DNA of 64,000 nucleotides from Squalus acanthias (taxonomy: Eukaryota). Under the pieces are notes generated by a model. The model was not told where the DNA came from, made no database searches, and saw only the letters and a list, made by a program, of their open reading frames with translations. The stretch covers positions 64,730,001 to 64,794,000 of the forward strand of contig CM059438.1 in the NCBI GenBank assembly GCA_030390025.1. Reading direction: 5' to 3'. How positions within the stretch are numbered: position 1 is the stretch's first letter; the number at the start of each line of letters is the position of its first letter. Positions 48,136-60,275 of the stretch are shown here, one piece after another. The translations under genes were made by a program, and so were the position numbers.

Positions 48136-50013
48136 CTATTTGCGTGTTAATTTTCTCTTAAACGTGCTTCTACGTGGTGCTTCCCCTGTGGCTTCAGCAG
48201 ATGTAGAGGCACCTTGCTCACTTCTATGCTGCGCCTGCTTAGATGCCTTTGGCGGGCATCCTCTGGGTTTGGAAGCCCGGGAAGGCTCGGCAACAGTCTG
48301 CTCCTCCTGCGGCTGTGCAGGGGCTGAGACGACCATCTCAGTGGGGTGAGGAATCTGGTGCTCTGATCGAAGGCTCCGCAGTGACATGGGAGTGTGTGAG
48401 CTTGGAGAGGAGCCCACACTTCCTTGTTGTCGACCAACAACATCCCTCTCGTGGGTCACCCGCACTTCACTGCTAGCAAGTAGCTGGAGAGCACCTTGCT
48501 GCACATCAGTGGGGCCATGAGGACCCATCTCTGTACTGACAGTCCTCATAACAGGGACATCCATGTACCTTTGGTTCCTCTCATCAATAGATGCCCATCT
48601 ATGCTCCATAGCAGACCATCTATTTAGAAGAGTCACCATGTTCATCTGAGTCTGGCGATTTATGTCCTCCATGGAGGCTGCCATCCTTTCCATGGCGACA
48701 CCTATATTCGCCATTGTGTGCACCACGGCATTGCTCATGTTTGAGATGGACTCCTCCATTTTCTGCACACTCGCAGTTACCGTGGTTGCAAACCCTGTCA
48801 GAGACTCCTGCACTTGTTCCTGGAGTTCCAGCACTGCTCTCTTTCTGGATGGCCCCAGAGGCACAGCGTCCACATGCAGCTGAGCAGAGCTAGGAGCGTC
48901 CAACGCCCTCCGACGAGGACTCTCCTCTGCTGACCCTGTCTCCACCATCTACTGATGCTCACTTGTGAGCTGTGATACACCAGATGACAACACTACTCTA
49001 TCTTGCGAAGGACCCACTGAGGTGTGCGTCTCTGTGCTGGTGCTGGGTGTGCTTATTTCTGCTGACACTGCTCCCTCAGAGGTTGCAGCTTCCTCTGAGG
49101 AGTCTTCCAGCTCTTCCTCCTGGACAGTGGGGAGGGGGGGTCTCGATGGTCCTGTGGGGGAGTAAAGGCATGAGTTAGACATGTGATATTAACGTAGCAG
49201 ACGCATCCTATTGTGCAGATGATCAGAACTCAATCTGTATGAACATCAGATGCCATATCAGTCACTCATGAAATCGAAATGAGAGGGTTGCAAATCTATC
49301 ACCAGCTTGCTCTACTGCGCCCGTCTCTCCGTCCCCCACTTCCAGCTCCTCTGCACCTCTGACGATCTCAGCAGTGTTGGTTAAATGCCCCACGGAAGGT
49401 GGCCCTCCTCCTGTCCTCCACCTCTCCCTCTTATTGTGGGCTCTCTTTTTTTGCAATGAGGGAGACAAGTGGAGTTTGTTGGAGTAAGTGTGGAGAATCC
49501 ATAGATGCTTAGAGGGAGACAAAGATGGAGTGAGGTGCCAATACCAAGGGGCCCTCCCTGTGCGTTGTTAATTGTTGCCATTGCATAACAGTGATAGTGA
49601 GTGTGAGGGGTGCCTAGTGGAATGGTGCAGTGATTATGTACATAGAGAGAGAGGGATGGTTAAGGGTGCAAGGGATGTAAGGGTAAGTTGGGAAATGCAG
49701 GAGTAGGTTGATAATGCAGAGTGCTGGTGATGAGAGGAGATGGGGAGCAGATTGAAGGTAAGTGTGCTGTTATACTCACTTTTGCGGAGTGTAGCAGGTC
49801 ATTGAACCTGCACTGAACCCAGCTGCGTGAGCACAATGACCTAGCGCTCACCTCCTCAACAAATTGCAGCCAGGCTCTCTTGGTTTGCTGAGGAGGCTTC
49901 CTACCTCCATTGGAGGGAAACAGAACCTCCTTGTGCCCTCTCACTCCCTCCACAAGAGCCTGGAGGGAGTCATCATCAAATCAGGGCGAAGCCATGGCTC
50001 TTGAAGCAGTCAT
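48136..50013 (-). pseudogene. Harbinger Myb/SANT-like gene, 3 exons (~50013-49780, ~49450-49300, ~49151-48136), disrupted
   Basis: MTASRAMASP*FDDDSLQALVEGV...KRAWLQFVEEVSARS...WVQCRFNDL, then KRAHNKRERWRTGGGPP. Stops near 49981 and 48949. The exon 2 acceptor reads ttgcaa. Confidence 0.8.
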
Positions 50014-51508
50014 CTCGCTAACAGTAACACTGAGAAGCAGCAGAAAGTGAATAAAACACAAAGGCTGTGTGGGCCCCTTAAATGCAACTGAATCGAAGAC
50101 ATCAGCAGAGGCGAGCAAAAGACCCGAACCCACTGATTGGGCTGGGTAACGCGCACGGCGGGCTTAATAAGCCCAGTTAAAATCAAAATCCTTAGCGCAG
50201 AGCGGCTGAAACCAGCAGCAGGACCGGAACCCGCCAAGCAGCGAACCCGATGCGAACCCGTCTCCGATGGCAAAATTGCGGCTGACATTTCCACTTGTGG
50301 GCGTGTCCAAAACTAGGGGTCATAAATATAAGACAGTCACTAATAAACCCAGTGAGGAATTCTAAAGAAACTTCTTCACCCAGCGAGTGTTTAGAATGAG
50401 GAACTTGTTACCACAAGGAGCAGTTGAGGCGAACAGCATAGATGCATTTAAGGAGCAGCGAGACAAATACATGAGATGAAAGGAACAGAGGGATATGATA
50501 TGGTGAGATGACAGTAGGGTGGGAGGAGGCTCGTGTGGAGCATAAATCAGTTGAGCCAAATGGCCTGTTCTTGTGCTGTAAATTCTATGTAATTCTGTAT
50601 GCACTCCTCTTTACACTTGGTGTATTAAATGCTTCCGTTGCATAGTCTGTCACTGGACACTGTGGTTTCAGTTACTTTGGCTAGCTTACAGTCAGTTTTC
50701 AGAATACCCAGAGGACAGTTAAGTCACACGCTATATGCACACCAGCTGACCTTTGCTCTTCGTTTATGATCGCACTGCGTGAGGATGCCACTTATTAAAT
50801 GATTTCTTCCTCCAGTTGAGGGCATTTTCTACTGGATATCTCCTGACCACTTTCGCATAGCCTCGTTACCAGGCATGTGAGCTATAACGCTCATACTTGA
50901 TGACCATCTGGAGCTGAGCTCATTAAGTGTATTATTGCCCTCACAAAGAAATGTATATCACAAAGAAAGCAGTTCCCGTAAAAATTCTAATCAATTACCT
51001 TAGTGACTGCTTCATAAAGCTTTGCTTTCTAATAAATTAATTTACTCAATAAATGAGCGCATTTTCCTTGTAGCAAAGGTTCAACAATAAACACGTTCTA
51101 GAATGAATAATACCCCACAGAGGGCAGTGTTTGATAAATGCTGCCAATAAATTAGAGCTGTCTTATAGACTACCTGAAAGATACACCAATAAATTAAAAT
51201 CCCTCTGGGCTGCATACTTAATAAATATTTCCCTGTGAATTAAATCTTCTCCAAGCTGTATCTAATAAATAAGTCAACATCCTGCCAGGTAGGAGAATGT
51301 GGAAAATGTAAGAATTGGCCCACAGTCCTCTCACCGTTTGGGCCTGGGTTCAAATCAGAATTCAGGTGAAGATGATGAAAGCCTCTGCTGATCCAAATGG
51401 CCTAAAGGGGTAGGAGGGGAATTTACCGGATTTTTTTCCCTAACAAGCCGGGGATTTTAAATGGTTATTTGCCTCTCCCAGTAGATTACATGGTTCCGGA
51501 TCTGTACA

Positions 51509-51996
51509 AAACTCTGCTGCCCATATCCTAACGCGCACCAAGTCCCGTTCACCCATCACCCCTGTGCTCGCTGACCTACATTAGCTCCTGGTCTGGCAAT
51601 GCCTCGCTTTAAAAATCCTTGTTTTCAAATGCCTCCATGGCCTCGCCCCTCCCTATCTCTGTAACCTCCTCCAGCCCTGCCGCCCTCCGAGATATCTGCG
51701 CTTCTCCAATTCTGGTCTCTTGAGCATCCCTGATTTTCATCGCTCCACCATTGGCGGCCCTGCCTTCAGCCGCCTGGGCCCTAAGCTCTGGAATTCCCTC
51801 CCTGAATCTCTCTACCGCCCTCTCCTCCTTTAAGACGCTCCTCAAAGCCTACCTCTTTGACGAAGCTTTTGGTCACCTGTCCTAATATCTCCTTATGTGG
51901 CTCGGTGTCAAATTTTGTTTCATCATACTCCTGTGAAGCGCCTTGGGATGTTTTACTATGTTAAAGGCGCTGTATAAATGCAAGTTGTTGTTGTTG
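51509..51996 (+). mobile_element. L2-clade LINE 3' fragment
   Basis: NSAA-ILTRTKS-SPITPVLADLH region. Tail AAAGGCGCTGTATAAATGCAAG(TTG)n. Confidence 0.88.
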
Positions 51997-52189
51997 TACC
52001 GTGATGCATAGGGCATCACAACTATATGGGGCAGGTTAGATGGGCCAGTGGGTCTTTTCCTGTCTGTCATTTCTGTATGTTTGTAAATGAAATGAGCTTG
52101 AACTCAGCCAAGTTCCCCATGAGCCCAGGCCGACAATATAAAACAGCTGTTTTATGCACACAGCTTGTACAGAGGGGAAAAAAATAACA

Positions 52190-52570
52190 AGAAAGTGAAA
52201 AGCCCTATATTTAATAATGCATTTCAACATCTCAAAGCACTTTACATACAATAAATTATTTGAAGTACAATGAAATGAATGAGCAATTTGTCTGTTTTGA
52301 TTTTAGTTGAGGGCAGAATGTTGGCCAGGATATCAGGAGATATCACTGCTCTTTAATGAATAGTGCCATGGGATCTTTAATATCCACCTGAACTATCAGG
52401 ACAGGCACGTCTCATGAAAGGGGCTTCATTCCAACAATAGCGCGCTCCTTCAGTCGTATACTGGAGTATTCCACCTGGATTAGGTGCTCACGAACTGGGA
52501 GGGGTGGGAGCAGGGGCAAAATTGAACCAGCAATTTCAGAGAATGCTATCAAATGAACCAAGCTGATACT
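52190..52570 (-). mobile_element. Old Deu-domain SINE
   Basis: TTGGCCAGGA...TAGTGCCATGGGATCTTTAATATCCACCTGA is the reverse complement of the core. Confidence 0.65.
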
Positions 52571-52741
52571 TAAAAGTTGGTGTATCCTGCTCACAGAAAC
52601 ATAATCATTATGTAGAATTATCAAGGTTTCTGGCTATGGGTATCTGATCTTTCTTTTTGTATACAGCAGATATATTTACTCCCTTGTCATCAGTTTTATT
52701 TATCTTGATTGGGGGCCCAATTATGACAAGTCACCAGCGGG

Positions 52742-53182
52742 TATCAGCTGTGGCTTGATCAGGTTGTGGGTTCAAGTCCCACTCCAGAGACTTGAGCTTG
52801 TAACCACGCTGACATTCCCAGGGCAGTAGTGAGGGAGTGTTGCACTGCCGGAGGTGCTGTCTTTTGGATGAGAAGTTAAACCGAGGCCCTTTCTGTCCCT
52901 CTCAGGTAGACATAAAAGATCCCACGGCGCTATTTCAAAGAAGAGCGGGGGAGTTCGGCCCAGTGCCCTGGCCAACATTTATCCCTCAACCAGCGTCACT
53001 AAAAGAGGTCATTTGGTCATTATCAAATTGCTGTTTGTCGGAGCTTGCTGTGCACCAATTAGCTGCCACGTTTCCTACATTGCAACAGTGACTAGACTGC
53101 AAATGTACTTCATTGCGGTAAAGCGCTTTGGGACATCCTGATGTCGTGAAAGGCGCTATATAAATGCAAGTCTTTCTTTCTT
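52742..53182 (+). mobile_element. Deu-domain SINE (SacSINE1-like)
   Basis: B-box GGTTCAAGTCCC, Deu core and standard tail. Confidence 0.88.
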
Positions 53183-53991
53183 GTAAAATACAACCATATG
53201 TTCAATGCATTCTTTGATTGGACCCAGAGACATCTTCTTAACTGCCTGGAGATCATCATTTTTGGGTTTGCTTCTTCTCATCTTAGTTTGATCTTTTAAT
53301 AGAAAAGAATATAGAAATTAAAGTTTGTTAATTTTTAACTGGTCCAGAACATTGTTTAGCATATTTGCATAAGGAAACAAGATTTAGCAATGTTTCGATT
53401 GAGCATTTCAGGCAATAGAAAGGACACTAAACAACAGAATCATGAATCTCATTGGTCACTGCCCTCTGCCCATCTTAGACAATTTGCTGGATGATACATA
53501 ACATTTCTTGAATCTCTCGACGAAGATTAATTTAAGAGTGCCTCAATTCAGCACTGTGAGGGATCATACACCAAAATAGGACTGCGTGGATCTCTTTGAT
53601 TCTGCAATGGTAAATTCTCATTGACGCCCCATCGGCCTCATGCTTCGAGTCCAGGGTTACGTTATCAATAGCTGTCTTCCATTTCTGCTTTCAGTTTGTG
53701 TTTATGGACAGATTGTTTGTTCAGCAAACCTCCTCCATCAATGCATGTCATTCACCAGTCTTTTCAATGTGAATCCCAATGCTTCACTGTGAGGAAATAG
53801 TCGCTACAAAGAAGAAAGTTTTGCTTATCTTTCCACTCTATCTTGTAAGTTATTTTCTCCCAATTCACGTGTTTCCCTCTCCCCAATTCATGACCGAGAA
53901 GGCCGATTTGTCTGGAAGGCCTCCTCAACCAGTTTCTGGGAGGTAGGTTGATTCTGATTGATGGTGATTGATTCAATTCTGCTGTAATGCT

Positions 53992-54230
53992 GGGGAGTTA
54001 TCCCCGGTGTCCTGGCCAATATTTATCCCTCAATCCACATAACAAAAGCATTATCTGCTCATTACCACATTGCTGTTTGTGGGAGCTTGCTATGCGCAAA
54101 TTGGCTGCCGCGTTTCCCACATTACAACAGTGACTACACTCCAAAAGTATTTCATTGGCTGTAAAGCACTTTGAGACGTCCGGTGTTCGTGAAAGGCGCA
54201 ATATAAATGCAAGTCTTTCAAGTCTTTCTT
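53992..54230 (+). mobile_element. Deu-domain SINE 3' half
   Basis: GGGGAGTTATCCCCGGTGTCCTGGCCAA through to the tail. Confidence 0.85.
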
Positions 54231-55074
54231 ACTTCTACTAATAGACCAAGTGGCTTCCACTGAGCTACCCAGGCAGCCGGGATGAAGTTGGGCGTTTTCT
54301 GTCCAGGGGAAGGAGCATAACATCCTGGCTCGCAGTCTGCCAACACATTGCAAAAACCAGGTCAAAGGTTAAAGGAGGCACTTGTCCTGGCACCATTTTC
54401 ATAGGCGCATACTGAGAGCACTGATCTTTTTGTCTCATCAAGGGAACTTGTTCCTATTGAAGCGCCTGATGCAATTAAAAAAATAATCTTACCATAACTC
54501 AGGGAAAAACTATGGAGCTGGGAAAAGCTATTAATACAGTGAGAGTTTTGGAGTTGCCAATGTTATATCAAGCTCCTAATTTAACTAAGAAGCAGGTTAT
54601 ATTTTTATTTGTGTTAATTAGTGGGTTGAACTCATGGTGATATCTTAACTAAATGGAGCATAGGCTGGCCAAGGTCGCTGCTCCACTAAAGAGCAACTGC
54701 AACGTCAATAACTATACACTAGGACTACAAATGAATCACTTCAGTTTTAGGCATTAGGAATGAGCACCTAACCAAATCTGCAGGATGACTCGGCATAAGT
54801 GACTGGTCACTGGCTGTCAGAAAAGGGGTGCAAGTCTGAGGTCCTGACAACACTTAAAATACTGAAAATCAAGTTTAACAGTGGAGCACCTAAGAACTTC
54901 TTACACTTAGACTGTCACTGGACTGCAGTTAAACTGAAGCCACTCGCTATGAGGCTATTGCAAGAGATGTCTGGCTTCAAAGCTTCAAGAGCCACAACAT
55001 TGGCTCGACACCTGAGATATACTGCCACGATTACCCCACTGTGATCCAAAACCTCTTCCTATCACAGCAGAAGC

Positions 55075-55978
55075 TGGTGGGGTTGATACTGAAGAAGGAA
55101 GCTGTAGACTGCAGGAAGATATCAATAAATTGGTCAGGTGGGCAGAACAGTGGCAAATGGAATTCAATCCGGAGAAGTGTGAGGTAATGCATTTGGGGAG
55201 GGCTAACAAGGAAAGGGAATACACATTAAATGGTAGGACACTGAGTAGTGTAGAAGAACAAAGGGACCTTGGAGTGCATGTCCGCAGATCCCTGAAGGTA
55301 GCAGGCCAAGTAGATAAGGTGGTTAAGAAGGCATACGGAATGCTTGCCTTTATTAGCCGTGGCATAGAATACAAGAGCAGGGGGGTTATGCTTCAACTGT
55401 ATAAAACACTAGTTAGGCCTCAGCTAGAGTACTGCGTGCAGTTCTGGTCACCACATTACAGGAAGGATGTAATTGCACTAGAGAGGGTACAGAGGAGATT
55501 TACAAGGATGTTGCCGGGAGTAGAGAATCTTAGCTATGAGGAAAGACTGGATAGGCTGGGTCTGTTTTCCTTGGAACAGAGGAGGCTGAGGGGAGACCTT
55601 ATTGAGGTGTATAAAGTTATGAGGGGCCTAGATAAAGTGGATAGAAAGGACCTATTTCCCTTAGCAGAGGGGTCAAAAACCAGGGGGCACAGATTTAAAG
55701 TAATTGGGGGAAGGTTTAGAGGGGATTTGAGGGGAAATTTCTTCACCCAGAGGGTTGTGGGGGTCTGGAACTCACTGCCTGAAAGGGTGGTAGAGGCAGG
55801 AACCCTAACCACATTTAAAAAGTACTTGGATGGGCACTTGGGATGCTGTAACCTGCAGGGCTACGGACCAAGAGCTGGGAAGTGGGATTAGGCCGGATAG
55901 CTCTTTGTTGGCCGGCGTGGACACGATGGGCCGAAATGGCCTCCTTCCGTGCTGTAACTTTCTATGATTCTATGATTC
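55075..55978 (+). mobile_element. CR1-clade LINE 3' fragment, young (ORF2 C-terminus uninterrupted, 55130-55891)
   Basis: WAEQWQMEFNPEKCEVMH, LYKTLVRPQLEYCVQFWSP, GNFFTQRVVGVWNSLP. (TTCTATGA)n tail. Confidence 0.95.
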
Positions 55979-56440
55979 TGTGAGTGCGCTAACACTATTA
56001 AACCCCAAATCTTTCATCAATATAGAAGTTTCCAAAATGAAACTGCTTCATTCCAAATGCAGCTGTCGTCCTTTTTAAAGTATAACTCTGATCTAGAAGC
56101 ACTTTCCTTGGTGGTGTGGTGAAGGTAATGTCACTGTTTTCATTGATGTAAGCTGTTTAAAAGGCATCACCAGTGATGGATTTCTGTCAGTGTACAGGTA
56201 AACATGCATCCAAATTCCCTGGTCTCTGCAAAGTCTGATGAGGAGAATCCATTAATCAGTGAAGATTTGTCTTCTCATGTTAGGAAGGGAATGTTTCAAA
56301 ATTCTTAACTGTGCATTTGAGTAAATTTAAAGCACTTGGACTAAAAAGAATAAAGATAACCGGTTGCGAGCTCCTTACTGCTGTCCAGTGACCGTTGCTG
56401 GAAACTGTGCCCTTATATGGACAAGTAGCCACCTGACCCT

Positions 56441-57232
56441 CAACAACAACAACAACTTGTATTTATATAGCGCCTTTAATATAGTAAAACGTCCCAAGGC
56501 GCTGCACAGGAGTATTATAAGACAAAAGAATTGACACTGAGCCACCTAAGGAGAAATTAGGGCATGTGACCAAAAGCTTGGTCAAAGAGGTAGGTTTTAA
56601 GGAGCGTCTTAAAGGAGGAAAGAGAGGTAGCGAGACGGAGAGCTTTAGGCAGGGAATTCCGGAGTTAGAGCCCAGGCAACAGAAGGCACGGCCACCAATG
56701 GTTGAGCGATTATAATCAGGAATGCTCAAGAGGGCAGATATCTTGGGGGGTTGTGGGGCTGAAGGAGATTACACAGATAGGGAGGGGGCGAGGCCATGGA
56801 GGGATTTGAAAACAAGGATGAGAATTTTGAAATCGAGGCGCTGCTTAACCGGGAGCCAATGTAGGTCAGCGAGCACAGGGGTGATGGGCGAACGGGACTT
56901 GGTGCGAGTTAGGACACGGGCAGCCGAGTTTTGGATGACCTCAAGTTTACGTAGGGTGGAATGTGGGAGGCCAGCCAGGAGTGCGTTGGAATAGTCAAGT
57001 CTAGAGGTAACAAATGCATGGATGAGGGTTTCAGCAGCGGATGAGCTGAGACAAGGGCGGAGACGGGCGATGTTACGGAGGTGGAAATAGGTGGTCTTTG
57101 TTATGCTGCGGATATGTGGTCGGAAGCTCATTTCAGGGTCAAATATGACACCAAGGTTGCGAACAGTGTGGTTCAGCCTCAGACAGATGTTAGGGAGAGG
57201 GATGGAGTCAATGGCTAGGGAACGGAGTTTGT
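56441..57232 (-). mobile_element. L2-clade LINE 3' fragment
   Basis: SFRPHIRSITKTTYFHLRNIARLRPCLS...LIHAFVTSRLDYSNALLAGLP...LHWLPVKQRLDFKIL. (TTG)n tail. Confidence 0.93.
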
Positions 57233-57789
57233 GATCACATGAAGAATGGCCACTTGGATGGGGTGCCAGAGGATTGGCAGTGCTCAGGTAGTCAGGCGAG
57301 AAAAGGGGAGCAAGTTGGCCACAAGTCCGCTCTTCAGAGGAGCTACTGAAGGCTCACAGTAGCAGGCTAGCTTGTCCTTCACTCCCACCTACCCTGTACA
57401 CAACACATTGTAAGTTACTGTCTCTTCCTTTCTTTTTTAATCCCCACACACTCAACACCCGAACTAACTTGTACAAAGTGCCTGTTTGCAGGCATCCATG
57501 ATTTATACTCTTCAACCAATTTCCAGTAGGTGTGTAAAAAGGCTGCAAGTTAATGTGTCCTTTGATTTTCCTTCTGACCTGCCCTCATCCCTGTTATGCC
57601 ACCTCCACTGTGCAATCTGTTTGAGGTCAGGAAATCAATCCACAGAATATGATAAGGGGGAGGTCCCAACCTACCACTCTGCACTGTTGCATCAGAAGGC
57701 TGTTCCGAAGTAACGTGCCCTAACTGAATGCACATGTTTTAAATCTCCCTGAATTCAGACAATGAGCAAGTAGGATTGATGCTATTTTT

Positions 57790-58803
57790 AAAAATTCGTT
57801 CATGGGATGTGGATGATACTGGCAAGGTCAGCATTTTTGCCCATCCCTAATCGCCCTAGTGAAGGTGGTCCTTTGTATACTTCTTTGTAGCAGTTTAGAA
57901 CAACTGAGTGGCCATTTGAGAGTCAACCACATTGCTGCGGGTCTGGAGTTACATATAGGCCAGATCAGATTTCCTTCCCTAAAGGACATTAGTGAACCAG
58001 ATGGGTCTTTACAATTCAGTAGTTTCATGGTCACCAATAATACTAGCTTTTTATTCCAGATTTATTACTTAACTGAATTTAAATTCCCAGCTGCCGTGGT
58101 GGGATTTGAACTCATGTCTCCTGATCATTAGTCCTCCTGTATGCTTCAGAGACATGGACCATGTACAGCTGGCACCTCAAAGCGCTGGAGAGGCACCACC
58201 AACGCTGCCTCCGCAAGATCCTGCAAATCCATTGGCAGGATAGGCGCACCAACGTCAGTGTTCTCGCTCAGGCCAACATCCCCAGCATCGAAGCTTTGAC
58301 CACGCTCGATCAGCTCCGATGGACGGGCCACATCGTTCGCATGCCCGATACGAGACTCCCAAAACAAGCGCTCTACTTGGAGCTCCGATATGGCAAGAGA
58401 GCCCCAGGTGGGCAGAGGAAACACTTCAAGGACACCCTCAAAGCCTCCTTGAAAAAAGTGCAACATCCCCACGGACACCTGGGAATCACTGGCCCAAGAC
58501 CGCACAAAGTGGAGGAGAAGCATCCGGGAAGGTGCTGAACACCTCGAGTCTCTTCGCTGGGAGCAAGCGGAAGCCAAGCGCACGTCAACCCAAGCACCCC
58601 ACCCACCCGCCCCTTCAACCACCGTCTGCCCCACCTGTGACAGAGACTGTAGGTCCCGCATTGGACTCATCAGTCACCTGAGAACTAATTTTTAGTGTGG
58701 AAGCAAGTCAAACTCGGTTCCGAGGGACTGCCTAAGAAGAAGAAGAGTCTAGGACCTCTAGGATTACTAGTCCAGTAACGTAACCACTATGCTACTGTTC
58801 CCG
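57790..58803 (-). mobile_element. HE1-like SINE interrupted by an RTE fragment
   Basis: Collinear with 42052-42450 after 58134-58745 is removed. Confidence 0.85.
58134..58745 (+). mobile_element. RTE-clade LINE 3' fragment
   Basis: LLYASETW, HQRCLRKILQIHWQDRRTN, LRWTGHIVRMPDTRLPKQ, GGQRKHFKD, zinc finger CPTCDRDCRSRIGLISH. (AAG)n tail. Confidence 0.92.
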
Positions 58804-59340
58804 TGACACTAACTTCAGCCAGCAGGCACATTGCAATAGTAGAGAATGTTTATTTGATTTTAACGCTATAGATTTGTAATCTTTCTCTGAGTTTCACCCA
58901 CGTAAAATCCCTTCAGCAGACAAATTGGCACAATCAAGAGCACAACTCAGAATTGATCAGTTTCAAGGAGATTGGAAGCTTGGCTGCCAGATTCCGGCAG
59001 GTCTTCGACATCATGGCAAACAGCTGCAGTGCATGTTTATTCCATAGCTTTGCATTGTCTCCTGCCTTGGTGCAGCTGTTGCTGCAAGCTGCTCATTCAC
59101 AAAATGTTGTGCAGCTCTTATAATAAAGTACCTGCCTTTCCCAACCAGATGTAAAGCCCCAGAAGCAAGTCACTTTCAGCCCAAGTCACAGTGCAGGTTG
59201 GGACATTGGAATGATACAGCAGCAAACACGCAGCCCAATACTGGCCATGGCTCAGCAATCCGTAGTTCGGTCTTAGACCCGCTCGAGAGGGTGGGATGGG
59301 TATCGGCAGCTGATATTTTCAAAGGACTCGGGCACTTGCA

Positions 59341-60275
59341 AAAAAAAGAACTTGCATTTATATAGCGCCTTTCACAATCTCAGAATGCCCCAAAGTACTT
59401 CACAGCCAATGAAGTACTTTTCGAAGTGTAGTCACTGTTGTAATGCAGGAAGCACAGCGTCAATTTGCACACAGCAAGATCCCACTAACAGCAATGGGAT
59501 AATGAGCAGATTATCTCTTTATAATGATGTTGGTTGATGCATAAATATTGGCCAGGACACTGGGGAGAACTCCCCTGCTCTTCTTCGAAATAAGGCCATG
59601 GGATCTTTTACGTCCACTTGAGAAAAGAAAAACTTGCATTTATATAGCGCCTTTCATGACCACCGGACGTCTCAAAGCGCTTTACAGCCAATGAAGTATT
59701 ATTTGGAGTGTAGTCACTGTTGTAATGTGGGAAACGCGGCAGCCAATTTACACACAGCAAGCTCCCACAAACAGCAATGTGATAATGACCAGATAATCTG
59801 TTTTTGTTATGTTGATTGAGGGATAAATATTGGCCAGGAAACCGGGGATAACTCCCCTGCTCTTCTTCGAAATAGTACCATAGGGTCTTTTACATCCACC
59901 TGAGTGAGCAGACAGGGCCTCGGTTTAACATCTCATCTGAAAGACGGCACCTCCGACAGTGCAGCGCTCCCTCAGCACTGCACTGGAGTGTCAGCCTAGC
60001 TTTTTGTGCTCAAGTTTCTGGAGTGGAATTTGAACCCACAACCTTCTGACTCAGAGGTGAGCGTGCTACCCACTGAGCCACAGTTGACACATCACAGAGG
60101 GCAGACGGGGCCTTGGTTTAACATCTCACCCTAAAGGTGGCACCTCCGACAGTGCAGCGGGATTCTCAGCACTGCACTGGAGTGTCAGCCTGGATTATGT
60201 GCTCAAGTCTCTGGAGTGGGAACCCACAACCTCTGACTCAGGGGCAAGAATGCAACCATTGGGTCACAGCTGGCA
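59341..60275 (-). mobile_element. Two nested Deu-domain SINEs (inner ~59622-60092)
   Basis: The outer copy breaks at CTTTTACGTCCACTTGAGA and resumes at AGAGGGCAGACGGGGCC around a complete inner copy. Confidence 0.85.

Larger units (their letters stand above)
46195..50283. mobile_element. Full-length PIF/Harbinger DNA transposon 2
   Basis: TIRs GGCCGCGATTTTG / CAAAATTGCGGCT (11/13) with GAC TSD (46192-46194, 50284-50286). Convergent transposase and Myb/SANT genes. Confidence 0.95.
46008..50600 (+). mobile_element. CR1-clade LINE 3' fragment split by Harbinger 2 (46008-46194 + 50287-50600)
   Basis: EALEKVQKRFTRVIPELR...KGFDRVEVDKT continues as FPLVG...KTRGHKYK after the element and one GAC copy are removed. 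Confidence 0.9.
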
